Positions 47,901-59,669 of a DNA stretch of 64,000 bases are shown here, in pieces. The stretch comes from Trichosphaerium sp. ATCC 40318 (Eukaryota > Protista > Tubulinea). Under the pieces are notes generated by a model. It saw only the letters and a list, made by a program, of their open reading frames with translations. It had not been told where the DNA came from and ran no database searches. A program made the translations under genes and the position numbers. The stretch covers positions 62,001-126,000 of the forward strand of contig JALMLS010000504.1 of NCBI GenBank assembly GCA_038496445.1, in the 5' to 3' direction. Position 1 is the first letter of the stretch. Every line of letters begins with the position of its first letter.

Positions 47901-49338
47901 GACCTCCAACAAGGGCTCCTGTGCAATTCACACAACCCCCTCCGACAAGGGCTCCTGCGCAATTCACACAACCTCCTACAAGGGCTCCTGCACAATTCAC
48001 ACAACCTCCAACAAGCGCCCCTGCGCAATTCACGCAACCTCCAACAAGGGCTCCTTTCCAATTCACGCAACCTCCAACAAATGCTCCTGTGCAATTCACG
48101 CAACCGCCAACAAGCGCTCCTGGTACTATATCTCCCACCAACGCCCCATTTGCTCCTCCAACACAACCTCCTACAAATGCACCATTTGGTACAGAAGAAC
48201 CAACCAACGCCCCATTCCCTCCTCCAACACAACCTCCTACAAATGCACCATTTGGTACAGAAGCACCAACAAATGCGCCATTCCCTCCTCCAACCACCCC
48301 TCCTACAAACGCACCGTTTGGTACAGAAGCACCAACCAATGCCCCATTCCCTCCTCCAACCAGCCCTCCTACAAACGCACCATTTGGTACAGAAGCACCA
48401 ACCAATGCGCCATTCCCTCCTCCAACCAGCCCTCCTACAAACGCACCGTTTGGTACAAAAGCACCAACCAATGCCCCATTCCCTCCTCCAACCAGCCCTC
48501 CTACAAACGCACCAGTTCAAACAAGTTCTCCAACCAGTTTACCAACAAGCGCACCAGTTTCAACATGTTCTCCATTCACTCTTGATGGTGGCGTGTTTCC
48601 AAATGGTGTATTCTCTATGGCAGATACTCAAGGATCTGAAGCACCACCACCCTATTGTCTACGATTAGATCGTGGTACCAATATGGTACAAATATTATTA
48701 TGTTTACTCTGCATTATGTTTAACTTCTATTTTTAGAATCCAGTGACTTTGTCGTGTATCAGCAATAATGTCAGAATTACGTTTGATCCTGTTTCTCGAA
48801 GTTTACAAATGTCTGGTGTAACTAGTGGAGGTGTTGATACTGGAAATGTCAGACCAAGCAATTCTTTAGCTCCATTTGTGACAGTATTTAGGTATGTTTA
48901 AGCAACTATTCAAGACTTAACTTATTCTCTCCTCACTCACTCTGTTATAGTAATGTCGAAATTATTGCAACAGGAGAAAGGTTTAGAATGATCTCATCAA
49001 ATTTAAGCCAAGGCTTACTCATTTTCAATGTACACCTTTTCAATCAACTTTTTACTGATTCTTAATTTTTTCTCTTTATTTATGTTGCCGCTTACATTGT
49101 AATTATAGAATGTCTTTTACCTGGCATCACCAGTTCCAGGTGTTAATAGCGTTATAATATCAGGAAATAGCAATGGATACACAATTGAGTATGTCACTAA
49201 TGAAACACTAATCTAACATAACAAAACTTTATTGACTTTTTTTTTTTGTTTAGTGCAAGCTTCAATTTTCTTCAATTGCAAAATCAACAAGTACACACCA
49301 TCAACATTAATGCATCAATTGGAAATTGTATAGCTTGA
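44947..49338 (+). CDS. Secreted reprolysin-like (M12B/M84-type) zinc metalloprotease with long Pro/Thr mucin stalk and C-terminal domain
   Basis: Signal MQSISTLIALCFLILALT, cysteine switch CGFDH, SGLAGLNVFC, HEIGHNAGSEH zincin motif, SIMS Met-turn. Confidence 0.88.
47050..48560 (+). repeat. Coding tandem repeats of the mucin stalk (TTDPPTSLPPTTLPPM, FTQPPT and NAPFGTEAPTNAPFPPPT units)
   Basis: Successive blocks of different repeat units within ORF 46691..48736. Confidence 0.9.
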
Positions 49339-49561
49339 GTTTGATCCTTCTGAGTTAAAGGCTCTTAAACTTATGTAATTAAATGTAATAGAATATAATC
49401 AAAAAAGGGGTTTCAAACCAAATAAAGAAACAACCTCGCTTTAGCAGTAACATGCTCAAAAAAGTACAAAGAAGCACCCTTATTTACATAGGCACAATTG
49501 AATCTATTAAAGACATGTAGCATTTGCTCTGATCGCTACCAACCGATCCAGCCTAGAAAAA

Positions 49562-49603
49562 TGGCTAAGATCAAATGTAGTATCTGTTTTATTAAGTTTG
49601 ATA
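49562..49603 (+). repeat. Solo end of the TGGCTAAGATC TIR family
   Basis: tggctaagatcaaatgtagtatctgttttattaagttt matches the reverse complement of 50905-50944 with a few mismatches. Confidence 0.7.
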
Positions 49604-50624
49604 AGTATCATAGAAGATCAACTAAGAGAAAAACTGTTACAACGTGCTTCCTTAGGATCAGTTTCTATTTCACCGATCTTACAGTACAACCAACCACCAA
49701 TTTTGAAGTATTCATAAAGCACCACATTTTAGCGAAGACATGCAAGGTACATCCCTTGATTGCAATTACAGCATTGCTTGCAACAATACCTGGTTTTGGG
49801 TAGATTGATAATGGTACACTCTAACTTGTGATTTTTGTTTAGACTAGAGCGCCGTTTATCTAAACAACGTATTTATTGCATACGGCGCAAGATTTCTGTT
49901 TTGTGACTTGGAGAATTGCAATACTAACGCAGTTTTGTACAATATTCAAAGTTGAACATAGAATCTTTCTTTCGTAGCAAAGGGGTAGTACTATTTGTTT
50001 CCACACTGGTAACAAACCATGTAAAATACACCACATCCTTATGGCCAAGTATTTAATATCCCTCCTTAATATCCCAGAGCGCCCTACACCATTGAGAATT
50101 GTGTACGCTAGAACACCGGCCAGGACACTCGAGACTAGTACATAAGGGTCGCTTAATATAACTCAGAGCACATTCACATTAACAGTGTACAATTGACTTG
50201 TTTAGTAGTAAACGTACTATAAAACGCATAGGCGTTAGTCTAACAAAAGATATTGACACGCTTAGCCAACCCGTTTCCTATGAAACGGCGAACGGAGTTT
50301 ACCATTTGTGAACTTATACTTGAATCAATGAGCTTTTGCTAAAGCTCTTACAACTTGTACAACTCTTTTTTAGCGCTTTTTAATACTTATCCAAACAACG
50401 GTTTAGTGAGTTTGAGGTAATTGTGAAAGCTGAGTGTACTGTAAGCGAGTGACGTGTAATATTCCGAGTCCAATCACATGTTGAAAACAGGGAAAAAAAA
50501 AGTACAATGAGCTTGTTAATAACTTTGGACATACCTTTTGGACGTAGAACGTACGGTAAGCAATTAGATTCTGTGTTCTTCCCACAGGTTTTGGAAAACA
50601 AAACGAAAAGTGTGATTTGTTTTG

Positions 50625-50944
50625 TGGCTAAGATCAGGTGTAGTATCTCCGAAATTTAGCAAAATTTTTCGACTTATGAAATTTTTTTGGTAAATTTAGA
50701 CCCTAAGATAGAGATTGTCGTCCCAGCCCGAAGGTGGTTATTAATTTTCTTTGTTGTTTAGAGAAGGGGTTGACCTCATCTGGCGGGTAGTGTAAGGCCT
50801 GACAGATCATTGCTGGGGTGGAAAGGCAAGCCAGTCCGACAATCCCCTGCCCCCGGAAAAAATTCGCTTAATCTTGTGGGGGACATTCGTCCCCCATTCA
50901 GAGATTAAACTGAATAGAACAGATACTACACTTGATCTTAGCCA
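50625..50944. mobile_element. 320-bp MITE-like element with 24-bp TIRs and a GC-rich structured core
   Basis: TGGCTAAGATCAGGTGTAGTATCT vs AGATACTACACTTGATCTTAGCCA (1 mismatch). No clear TSD. Confidence 0.75.
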
Positions 50945-52163
50945 AAAGGCCGAGAAGGTTACTTACTGGATGCACTTGAACATGATTTATCATGCAATAC
51001 ATATTTTTAATTGTGGTATTATCAAAAAAATAAGAAATTGCAAAATAAAATGTACACACCAACGCATACCACAATATCATTGATCGGTATAAGGTTTTTA
51101 AATTATTAGAATATATGATAACAACCTGGAAAAATAACTCAAGCTCATCTTTGATTATTTTCATTGAGCGTTATTGAACGTTTAAAGTCAATTGCACGAA
51201 AATGTGGAGAAAAACTTTTGTGCATCCGTATTTTCCTTTTGTTCAGAAAAAAAGCCTTAAAAAAGCAGCTTGTCAGTATTTGATATTCTACTAGTAAGGA
51301 GCTATACAGAGTTGTAACATCAGTTCGTCCTTAATCACATTTAAAGACACGCGTATGAATAGTGACAAGCACAATGTTATTTTATTTGCGTTCATTTTCT
51401 TACACATCAGCGTGGTCCATTGGCGCAAATACGCTGTTCCAAGTATTACAATAGTAAGTTAAGCTTGCAAAATACTAATCCAGTCAACAGACGCTCCGAC
51501 TACAAGACTCCAACAACTCCACATCATGCAACAACTCATACCTTTTGGTCACCAACACAATCTACAACGCCCTTCACTACTCATTCACCACCCACATCAC
51601 CACCAACAGGCGTTGCTTCATCATGACTCAAGAATCTACCAACCAGGTTTTTTGAAGTTGATGACACTATTAATTTTTGTTTTTGAGCACCTTTAGAATT
51701 AGTCGTTATAATCCGCGCTAGCACAAGGCGTGTACTACTGCGGTTTAGTTGTGCATCAGCGCTAGTACTATTTGTAGCATCGTTTGCTTACTGCTGGAGC
51801 ACGGCGAGTTTGGAAAGTGGAACCTCTTAAAACGTATTTCATCTTGGATGTGACGGTTAGAAGTAACACACAGTATCAGTTTCAACAGATGATTCGATCA
51901 CAAGAAATGTAACGATAGACGAGAAGACTCGAGGATGTGATTCATTGAAATTTTGAGAGTATTCACGTGCTTAGAGAGAGACTCCGTGTAAGTTGTAGTT
52001 GTTGTTTAATTGTTAATGTAACAAACCACTTTCTACCTCAGTCACAAGTTCTGTTACAATAAATCTCGTGTTCTAACTTCCTGAAGTAATTCATGGAAAA
52101 AACAAAATCGTATGTTTGACTTAACTGTTGATTGTCGTACTTTAATTTTGCTGTTTAAACCTC

Positions 52164-53057
52164 ATGCACAGCTTAATAATTGCTTTATCCTTATTTATGT
52201 GCTTAGTACAATGCCAGGTAATGAAACACAACTGACTATAATAACTGTAGCTATAATCTAATTTGTTATAGATCACGCTTGTCGAATATACAATGGCGGA
52301 TATGGCACTCGCTATTCCAGCCAACACTCCATCAGCACCAGGAGTTACAGGTGTTGATTTAACAAGAGGAATGGGTATTAATCAGGACAACAGGATGAAC
52401 TCTTTTAGTTCAAGAGGCATGTGATTAACCGAAAAAAAACTGTAGTGGTTTTTTTGCTTTTCCCCGAAATACCAATTGGTTAAAGGTTCTTTATTGATTG
52501 TATTTATAGACTTCACAAGCTTTAACACGAACCTCGATGTTGCTGTAACCAATGAAGACTTTTTAGAATTTGGGTTTACTACCACAACACCATACGAGCT
52601 TGTTAGTATGGAGTACGTGAACGTAAAACAAGTTGATCAACTTCTTGTAAATTCTGTAATATTAATGCATTGTAGTTTCACTCATGACAAGAGTAGTACA
52701 GGACCTAATGAGCTAGCTTTCTTTCTTGATATCGACGGAGTTGTAGCAACAATGCCCTTTGATTCATTCACTCCTGTAATCGATACTTTTGATGATATTG
52801 GTACTGACATCTCCATAAATTTTCCTCCAGGAACAATGATCCAAAGTTCTGCAACAATCAAGATTGTTGGATTTAGAGCAAGTTCTGCATTGGGAACATA
52901 CTCACTCTTTGGTACCTTGTCAGTGTTTGGAGTACCTGGTATGATACCTTGTGTGAGTAAGAAGCGAAGCATTCATGAGGAAGGGGTTGCTTATAATCAA
53001 CGCATTGCTTTGCTTAAGGGTCTATCACGTGATAGAAAAATGCCATCAAAACAGTGA
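52164..53057 (+). CDS. Small secreted protein of unknown function, paralogue A (4 exons)
   Basis: Signal MHSLIIALSLFMCLVQC. The exons join in frame, one through a GC-AG intron (52417). Confidence 0.75.
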
Positions 53058-53147
53058 CCTTAGTTTTATTTGTATACAAGATTGATAGTTAATAAATTGT
53101 TTCAAAACACAAAATATTTGTTTGTCTAGTCTTAAAACGTTAACAAT

Positions 53148-53262
53148 GGTATGAACTCCTTTGAGTGCTTTGACACCCTCATGTGTAATCTTTGTAAGTG
53201 ACACTTTGGTTACATTCCAATATAAATAGTATGCACGTGCGCTGACACCTTCATCTGTAGTA
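53148..53262 (-). pseudogene. Decayed fragment of the 22-aa LRR family
   Basis: tatgaactcc...gtgctttgacaccctc and tgacaccttcatctgta match repeat units of 63312-64000. Confidence 0.55.
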
Positions 53263-53647
53263 CCATTTGTATCAGCTTGGAAAGTATGTGGTACTTCTTA
53301 TGGTATGTGTCGCATGATGAGCCAAACATTTCAGCAACTAATGGCGTTACTCCGACCCATAAATGATAAGCTTAAAAAATCTTGTCTAATGCAACGGAGG
53401 AGAAATCTCGAGGATGGATTCTCTGAATACTTAGAGTATTCACGTGTAGTATTAAGTGGTTGTAGAATGAGAATAAACAGCTACTACCTACGTCACAACT
53501 TTTCCGTTACATCTACATTGTAGAAACGAAGTTCGGGGCAGTTAACAAGTTATCTAAAAGTCGTAAGATCATTTTAATGTTGAAAAAAAAACACAGAGTT
53601 GACTTCCTTGAGATTATTTTTATCACTTTTTCAACTGTTTACACCTC

Positions 53648-54663
53648 ATGCGGAGCTTAATAATTGCTTTATCCTTATTTATGTGCTTAGTACAATGCCA
53701 GGTAATGAAACACAACTGACTATAATCTAATTTGTTATAGATCACGCTTGTCGAATATACAATGGCGGACATGGCACTCGCTATTCCAGCCAACACTCCA
53801 TCAGCACCAGGAGTTACAGGTATTGATTTAACAAGAGGAATAGGTATTCGTCAGGACAACAGGATGAACTCTTTTAGTTCAAGCGGCACGTGATTTAACG
53901 AGGAAAAAAAAAACCTAAAGTGAGCTGGGATGTGATTTAGGTAGATTGTTTTGCTATTGGTGGAGTTTGTGTTATGAGTTTTCGCTACAAACTAACGTCA
54001 TCTCGACTTTTTTTAAGCAAAGCACTCCTGATAGTAATTGTTTGTAATAACCGCCCGAAATACTAATTGGGTTAACGTTCTTTTATTGATTGTACTTATA
54101 GGCTTCACAACCTTTAATATGGATGTCGATGTTGCTGTAACCAATGAAGACTTTTTAGAATTTGGATTTACTACCACAACACCATACGAGCTTGTTAGTA
54201 TGGAGTACGTAAAAATGAAAAAAAAAGATTCATTGTTTGCCTTTTCAATTTACTTTCTACAATATGTTAATATGCTTGTAGTTTCACTCATGACAAGAGT
54301 AGTACAGGACCTAATGAGCTAGCTTTCTTTCTTGATATCGACGGAGTTGTAGCAACAATGCCCTTTGATTCATTCACTCCTGTAATCGATACTTTTGATG
54401 ATATTGGTACTGACATCTCCATAAATTTTCCTCCAGGAACAATGATCCAAAGTTCTGCAACAATCAGGATTGTTGGATTTAGAGGAAGCGCTACACAAGG
54501 AACATACTCACTCTTTGGTACCTTGTCAGTCTCTGGATTACCTGGTATGATACCTTGTGTGAGTAAGAAGCGAAGTATTCATGAGGAAAGGGTTGCTTAT
54601 AATCAACGCATTGCTATTCTTAAGGGTCTATCACGTGATAGAAAAAGGCTATCAAAGCCATGA
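53648..54663 (+). CDS. Small secreted protein, tandem paralogue B of 52164-53057
   Basis: Near-identical exons and the same GC donor (53886). Confidence 0.75.
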
Positions 54664-54827
54664 ACGTAATAGAATTTTACCAGTTTATTAACGTTCAATC
54701 AAATCAAAGATACTACTGTTAATAAATTGTGCAAACGTTCTAAGATGTATTTGTATCACGTGAGCAGAAACGTTTGAAACGTTAGCTAGCAATGTAAATT
54801 TTAAAGTTTTCGTGTATGTTCTACCTC

Positions 54828-54949
54828 GAGGAGTATCCACACTCATACGATTTAAACTGCCCGCCTAAAACCTTGGCACACAACGAGCTATGTTCGTAGA
54901 TGCCACATTTCAGGACACGAGCTCTCTCGTATGAGTCAGGATACTCCTC
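54828..54949. repeat. 122-bp element bounded by 23-bp inverted repeats (tiny MITE or hairpin)
   Basis: GAGGAGTATCCACACTCATACGA ... TCGTATGAGTCAGGATACTCCTC (2 mismatches). Confidence 0.65.
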
Positions 54950-55927
54950 TGTAAAGGGAGCTAGTTTTTAGAGCTTGTTTAAGGAGCATCAGCAAAGGAA
55001 GTTCGTTTAGGAGTTTATATAAAGTACACGTGCACAGGTACTTCTAACGTCTTTGTATCTAGAGCGCAAACGATGACTTCTGACAGTATACTATCGTAGA
55101 TATAAACGAAACAAGAGCAGAGACTTGTTTGGTAGCTAATCCCTTTACTCTTCTTTTAGATAATTTATTGTGTTCAGTAAGCCAAGCATACGAAATGAAT
55201 TGCAGTTGCTAGAAACGTTGTTAACAAAGCCTCGTTTTTTTGCTTCTAAATGCTCCAAGCATAATCGCATACACATGAAGTATTTAGCAGCAACAACACG
55301 ACCACATTATGAGAAGCGTCAATAGCTAAGGCTTTCGCTGACAGTTATGTTGACACGGTTTTCAAAAAAAAAAAAAAAAAACTGGTTCTGACTCTTTTGT
55401 TACCTTTCTAAAACCCAACCCACAGCACAATGAACTTTGTATATGTACTAGTACCATAAAGATGTAAACACTCTAAACAAGGCTTTGTATTCAAAAAAAA
55501 TATAGCCAAAATGAGAAAAAACGTGCATCAAAAAATACCAAAAAAAAATAGACGAAAAAACAGCCTCTTGGCGTCTTCTCTTCTCTTTTTATTCATTTTC
55601 TTGAAAAAAATACCACAAGCGTACTTGAATAGTAGTAAAAAAATCCAGTTATTTCCTTTTTGAATTACACTCCTTTGCATAAAAATCACGTGAGCAAAAA
55701 CAAAAATAGTAAAAAAAAAAAAAGCGAGTTACTGAGATGTCGATTGTAACCACTGCCACTCTCATCTTATCAATCATTCGCTAGCACGACAACTGTCATC
55801 TAGTCTATAGAATGGAGGGAAAATGTAGATACACAATTAAAGGAAGAAGGGGGGTACCAGGCGTCTTTACTTTTTTTTTTTTTGAAACACTTCGTCCGTT
55901 ATTTTTTTGGGTTTTTCTTTACTTTAG

Positions 55928-57511
55928 CTACGGCTTCTGCTGCGTCGCCTACGTCTACGTTTGTGGCCATCATCGGAATCACTTCGACTACGACTATGAC
56001 TGCGCTTACGCTTATAGTCTCTGTCTCTATCACGACGACTACGGCGTCTGAAAAGGTGAGTATAAAATATTCCTTCTTTGAAAGAAAAACTAAAGTAGCT
56101 AAGAGCACTTACCTATCATCACGATCACCGCTTCTATCACGTCTCCTACGTCTATGATCACGATCATCACGTCTAGGTGAACGTCTACGCCTTCTATCAT
56201 CACGTCTGTCATCGCGTCTATCATCACGGCGATCTCCTCTTCGGTTGCTAAAAGAAACAATAAGTCACGGGTAAAAAAAAATAACAGCAACTTTGCATCA
56301 ACAGATAAAAATTGTAGAGTGCTTTCAGTACAGCAAGAACATGTTAATGGCATATACATGCATAATTTTAATACTTTTAATGAGCAATAAAGCCGACAAT
56401 TAAGGAAATTTCAAAAAAACGAAAAAAAAAAGTGCCAAAAATGTGTCAAAAAAAAAAAAAGTTGTAGAGGCACACGTACCGTTTGTTTTCTTCTCTGCTT
56501 TTAGCCACGACTTCTTCTAGCTCCTTAAGTTTTTCTCGGATCAATAAAAATCCTTTGTACAGTTTGCCATTCCTGAATTTGTCCAAGTCGTCTCCATCTT
56601 TACGCAAGTATGATCCACAAACATCATCAACACTGAGAGAACAAAAGCGTTAGTTACTCGTGGCGCGTAGTGGAAAAAAAAAAACAAAAAAGGTGAATAT
56701 ACTTACTACATGTTCATTTGTTGCTCATCGCTTTGGTACGTATTCTCTTTCATCAGTTCTTGCTTTATTTTTGCGATTTGCTCCTCGAAGCTGCTGTAAA
56801 GCGTCAAATCTCCTTGTTCTCCAGCTTCTGCCATTTTATCCTGTAATTCTGTAATTTCACGACGTAGGGGGTTCTGTGCAAGCTATGGCGGGAGTCAGTC
56901 ATGGCTTCAAAAAAAAAAAAACGATTTAGTTTAATAATGAATTCAGGCCATACAATGCCGTCTTGACGCTCTGCGAGTTCTCTCTTGCGTTTTTGTATCT
57001 TTCTGTCACATTTATAAACAATGTCCTTCAAAAAGTAGTACAGTTCCTTTTCGTAGCCGTAATCCTTACCAGCTTCACGAGCCGCCAAGTATCTTTCATG
57101 TTAAGGCAGTTTAAACTACAGAAGCTGTCGTTTTATGAAAAAACCGGTTAAAAAGCTTTTCGTTTAAAAAGGTGTTTAGGATACTCTTCTCGTAGTATGT
57201 CAGAACATTCTCTGTGATTTGAGCCCAGATGTTCTTTCTGAAAGAGAAAGTTACAAAGAATCGTATAAATTATAACGTACTGTGTTTGTAAAGAGGTTGT
57301 ATACGTTTATACCTATAATGAAGGTTATTTTGACTAAATAATTGCTAATGTACCCCAAACCAAGTAGTATTTACATACGTCATCATCTGTGAACTTTTTC
57401 TTCTCTCCAGGCTCCAGAGAATCCCTGTTAAAGTTAAAATGGCGAAAAACCTTATAATCCGTACCTATCAGGTCCTAGGAGAGCATCTAACTGTTTGCGG
57501 AAATCATCCAT
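55928..57511 (-). CDS. LUC7: LUC7-like U1 snRNP protein with RS/RD tail, multi-exon
   Basis: MDDFRKQLDALLGPDR, FTDDDVCKYYL, YGYEKEL...CDRKI, GKLYKGFLLIREKL, followed by RS/RD repeats. Confidence 0.88.
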
Positions 57512-57929
57512 CGCTTTGAATACTCAATGTATTTTCGAGATTCTTTAAATGCACTACCACGCGTACGTTTATCAACACGTATGTACAGCAAGTCAATTCT
57601 TAACGAATAATACAAACTCAGAAGAAAAGTAAGACGAGTTCAGTCAAAACGCTTCAAAAAAAAGTTAAAAAAATGTCGTCCAAGCTTTTTTACGATGTAC
57701 GCCAAATCACGTTTTGTGTCAGAAGTGTCACGTGTCAAGCGTTAATATGTAAACAAGAGGTTAAAGAGACGCCAATGGCGTCAATATTTAATTAAATAAG
57801 TTCTCCCCAATTTCCCTACAAATACACCCTTTTGTGAATTCTTTCAATCACTCGGTTTTTTTTTTCTCCTTCCTTTTGTTGGCTGCGCTGTTAATACCAT
57901 AGCTTACCCACAAACGAAAAAGTAGTTCT

Positions 57930-58948
57930 TTAAGACAACACTGCTGTTCTCCTTTCTATCCATTTAACTGGCGCTTGTTTTGCTTTAACTACAGTAGACC
58001 AAGGCTTCCAAACACCTGTCGCTAGTGAATTTGAAAAAGCGTTCGTTTCCTTCCAACATCCTTGAAGGCCTTTGTTTCTCGTATTTGTAATGACAAGTGC
58101 GTTTATAGTATTGTTACGAATTCGGGTATTTGCTTCGGGTTTTTTCACGCCACCTTTTAAGGGTGAAGAGGCAATTTCAAACTTTCTCTTCAATTTTCTT
58201 TTTGAAACATCAAAGTTTATAATAGTCGTTTTATGCATCACGTGATATTCTCCGTCTTGAACCTTTTTGTTTTAAAACAAGTTAGTAATTAGTAAGAATC
58301 ACAAATGGATCAATTCTTTAAAATATAAGCGTGAGATTTTCTCACAACGCAAAGAAAGAAAGGAAGAAAAAAAAAAAAAAAAAACTAAACGGAACAAAAT
58401 ATCTTCCGTTTAATAAGTTGCCCGTATCACTGCTTTTCTGCTTTTTGTAAAAGTTACAAGAAGATTTATGGTAACTTCTGTCACCTCTCTTTGTAAAGAT
58501 AACTTGGCTGCAACATAAGAGTTTTTTAAAGAAAAAACAAGGGTACCTGAGAGTAAGCAAGTTTTTCCCTTAGAGGGCTTTCGACGTCGACTTCTCCGTT
58601 CAGTTTTATTGGCATACATTGTAAAGGATCGCACGTGGCTCTTTCGAAAGGGTGCTTTGAATACCTGTCGTTAGGGTGTTTTGTGCTTATGTACTTAAAA
58701 AAGTCCATAGCGTCCTTCCTGCCTCTAAAGTCTTGTTCCTTTCTGAAATTGACTGAAGCGTTATGGTACGACGTCAAACTACTTAATATCGCTGCTGTAC
58801 TCTCTGCACTATCAATATCTACTTGAGATCTTTCCATGGGAGCTGTTGTTACTACGGTAGGGATGGAATAGGAGTAATTAGAGGCAGCTGTCACTTCTCT
58901 AAAATTCATTAGTGACAGGATGGATTCATGTGTTTTTTTTCCCGGCAT
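57930..58948 (-). CDS. Hypothetical protein, multi-exon
   Basis: ORFs 58526..58948 and 57930..58241 are linked by GT-AG introns. A basic NLS-like segment KRKLKRK is present. Confidence 0.45.
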
Positions 58949-59669
58949 GTCCCTCGTCTATATCGGTAGATATAATATGTCTATAGAACCTAACTAGCGT
59001 TTATTCTACTGGGTCGCTTCACAAATAAATCATAGTGGTTGATTATGCGCTAGTTGTTTTTTAAGTTTTCGCAGGAAAAACACAAAAAAAAAAAAAACTA
59101 CTTTAAATGTTTTTTCGCTAAAGGTGACTGAGAAGAAGGCCATTTCCATGAACTTCACCCGCTCCAATGCGGAGTTGACTCCCAAGAATATATTCATGTT
59201 AGCTGAATGCCTAAAATAACGTTTCCTCGCGAGAAAAGGTGTCATATATCAATGGAAGGTTGAGTCACGTGATATATTTTAAACTAAGCAAAACTTGCGC
59301 TGGGAAACGCACAACCCAAAAAAAATTTAAAGAAAAGAATACAACGTCCGAAAACCGACTTGCGAATTGACAAAGATACCAAAGAGAGTTACACAAAAGA
59401 CACGCGAACAAAAAAAAAAAATCAGAAATGCTTTGGATCATTTTTTTGAGATTTTCAAAGTTTGTTTCCTAGTTAACTGCAAACGACACTTGACGCACAA
59501 TGAGGTGTACTATTGCTCTTATTGGTAGTGTATGTATCGTATGAAAGGGTCTAAATGAGTAAGTTTTTGGTTTGAAACGAGGTGGTTATTAAAAAGTCAA
59601 AGGACTCTACAACGTTTGAGTGTCGTTGTGTACGGATCTCGGGAGTACTACGTCGGTTATGGTTATTAA

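Noticed and set aside
46956-48668. Long Val/Gly-rich and Trp/Cys/Arg-rich ORFs on other frames
   Set aside because: They are shadow frames of the Pro/Thr repeat exon.
50700-50910. U1 snRNA, RNase P/MRP, SRP RNA, TPP riboswitch or hammerhead ribozyme
   Set aside because: Only short fragments resemble these (CGAAGGTGGTT, terminal GGGGGAC hairpin). The defining motifs (ACTTACCTG, P4 pairing, CTGANGA core) are absent.
59120-59272. Possible structured ncRNA (GTGACT/AGTCAC and TTCCAT/ATGGAA pairs)
   Set aside because: The stems are only 6 bp and expected by chance. The region is more simply a divergent promoter.
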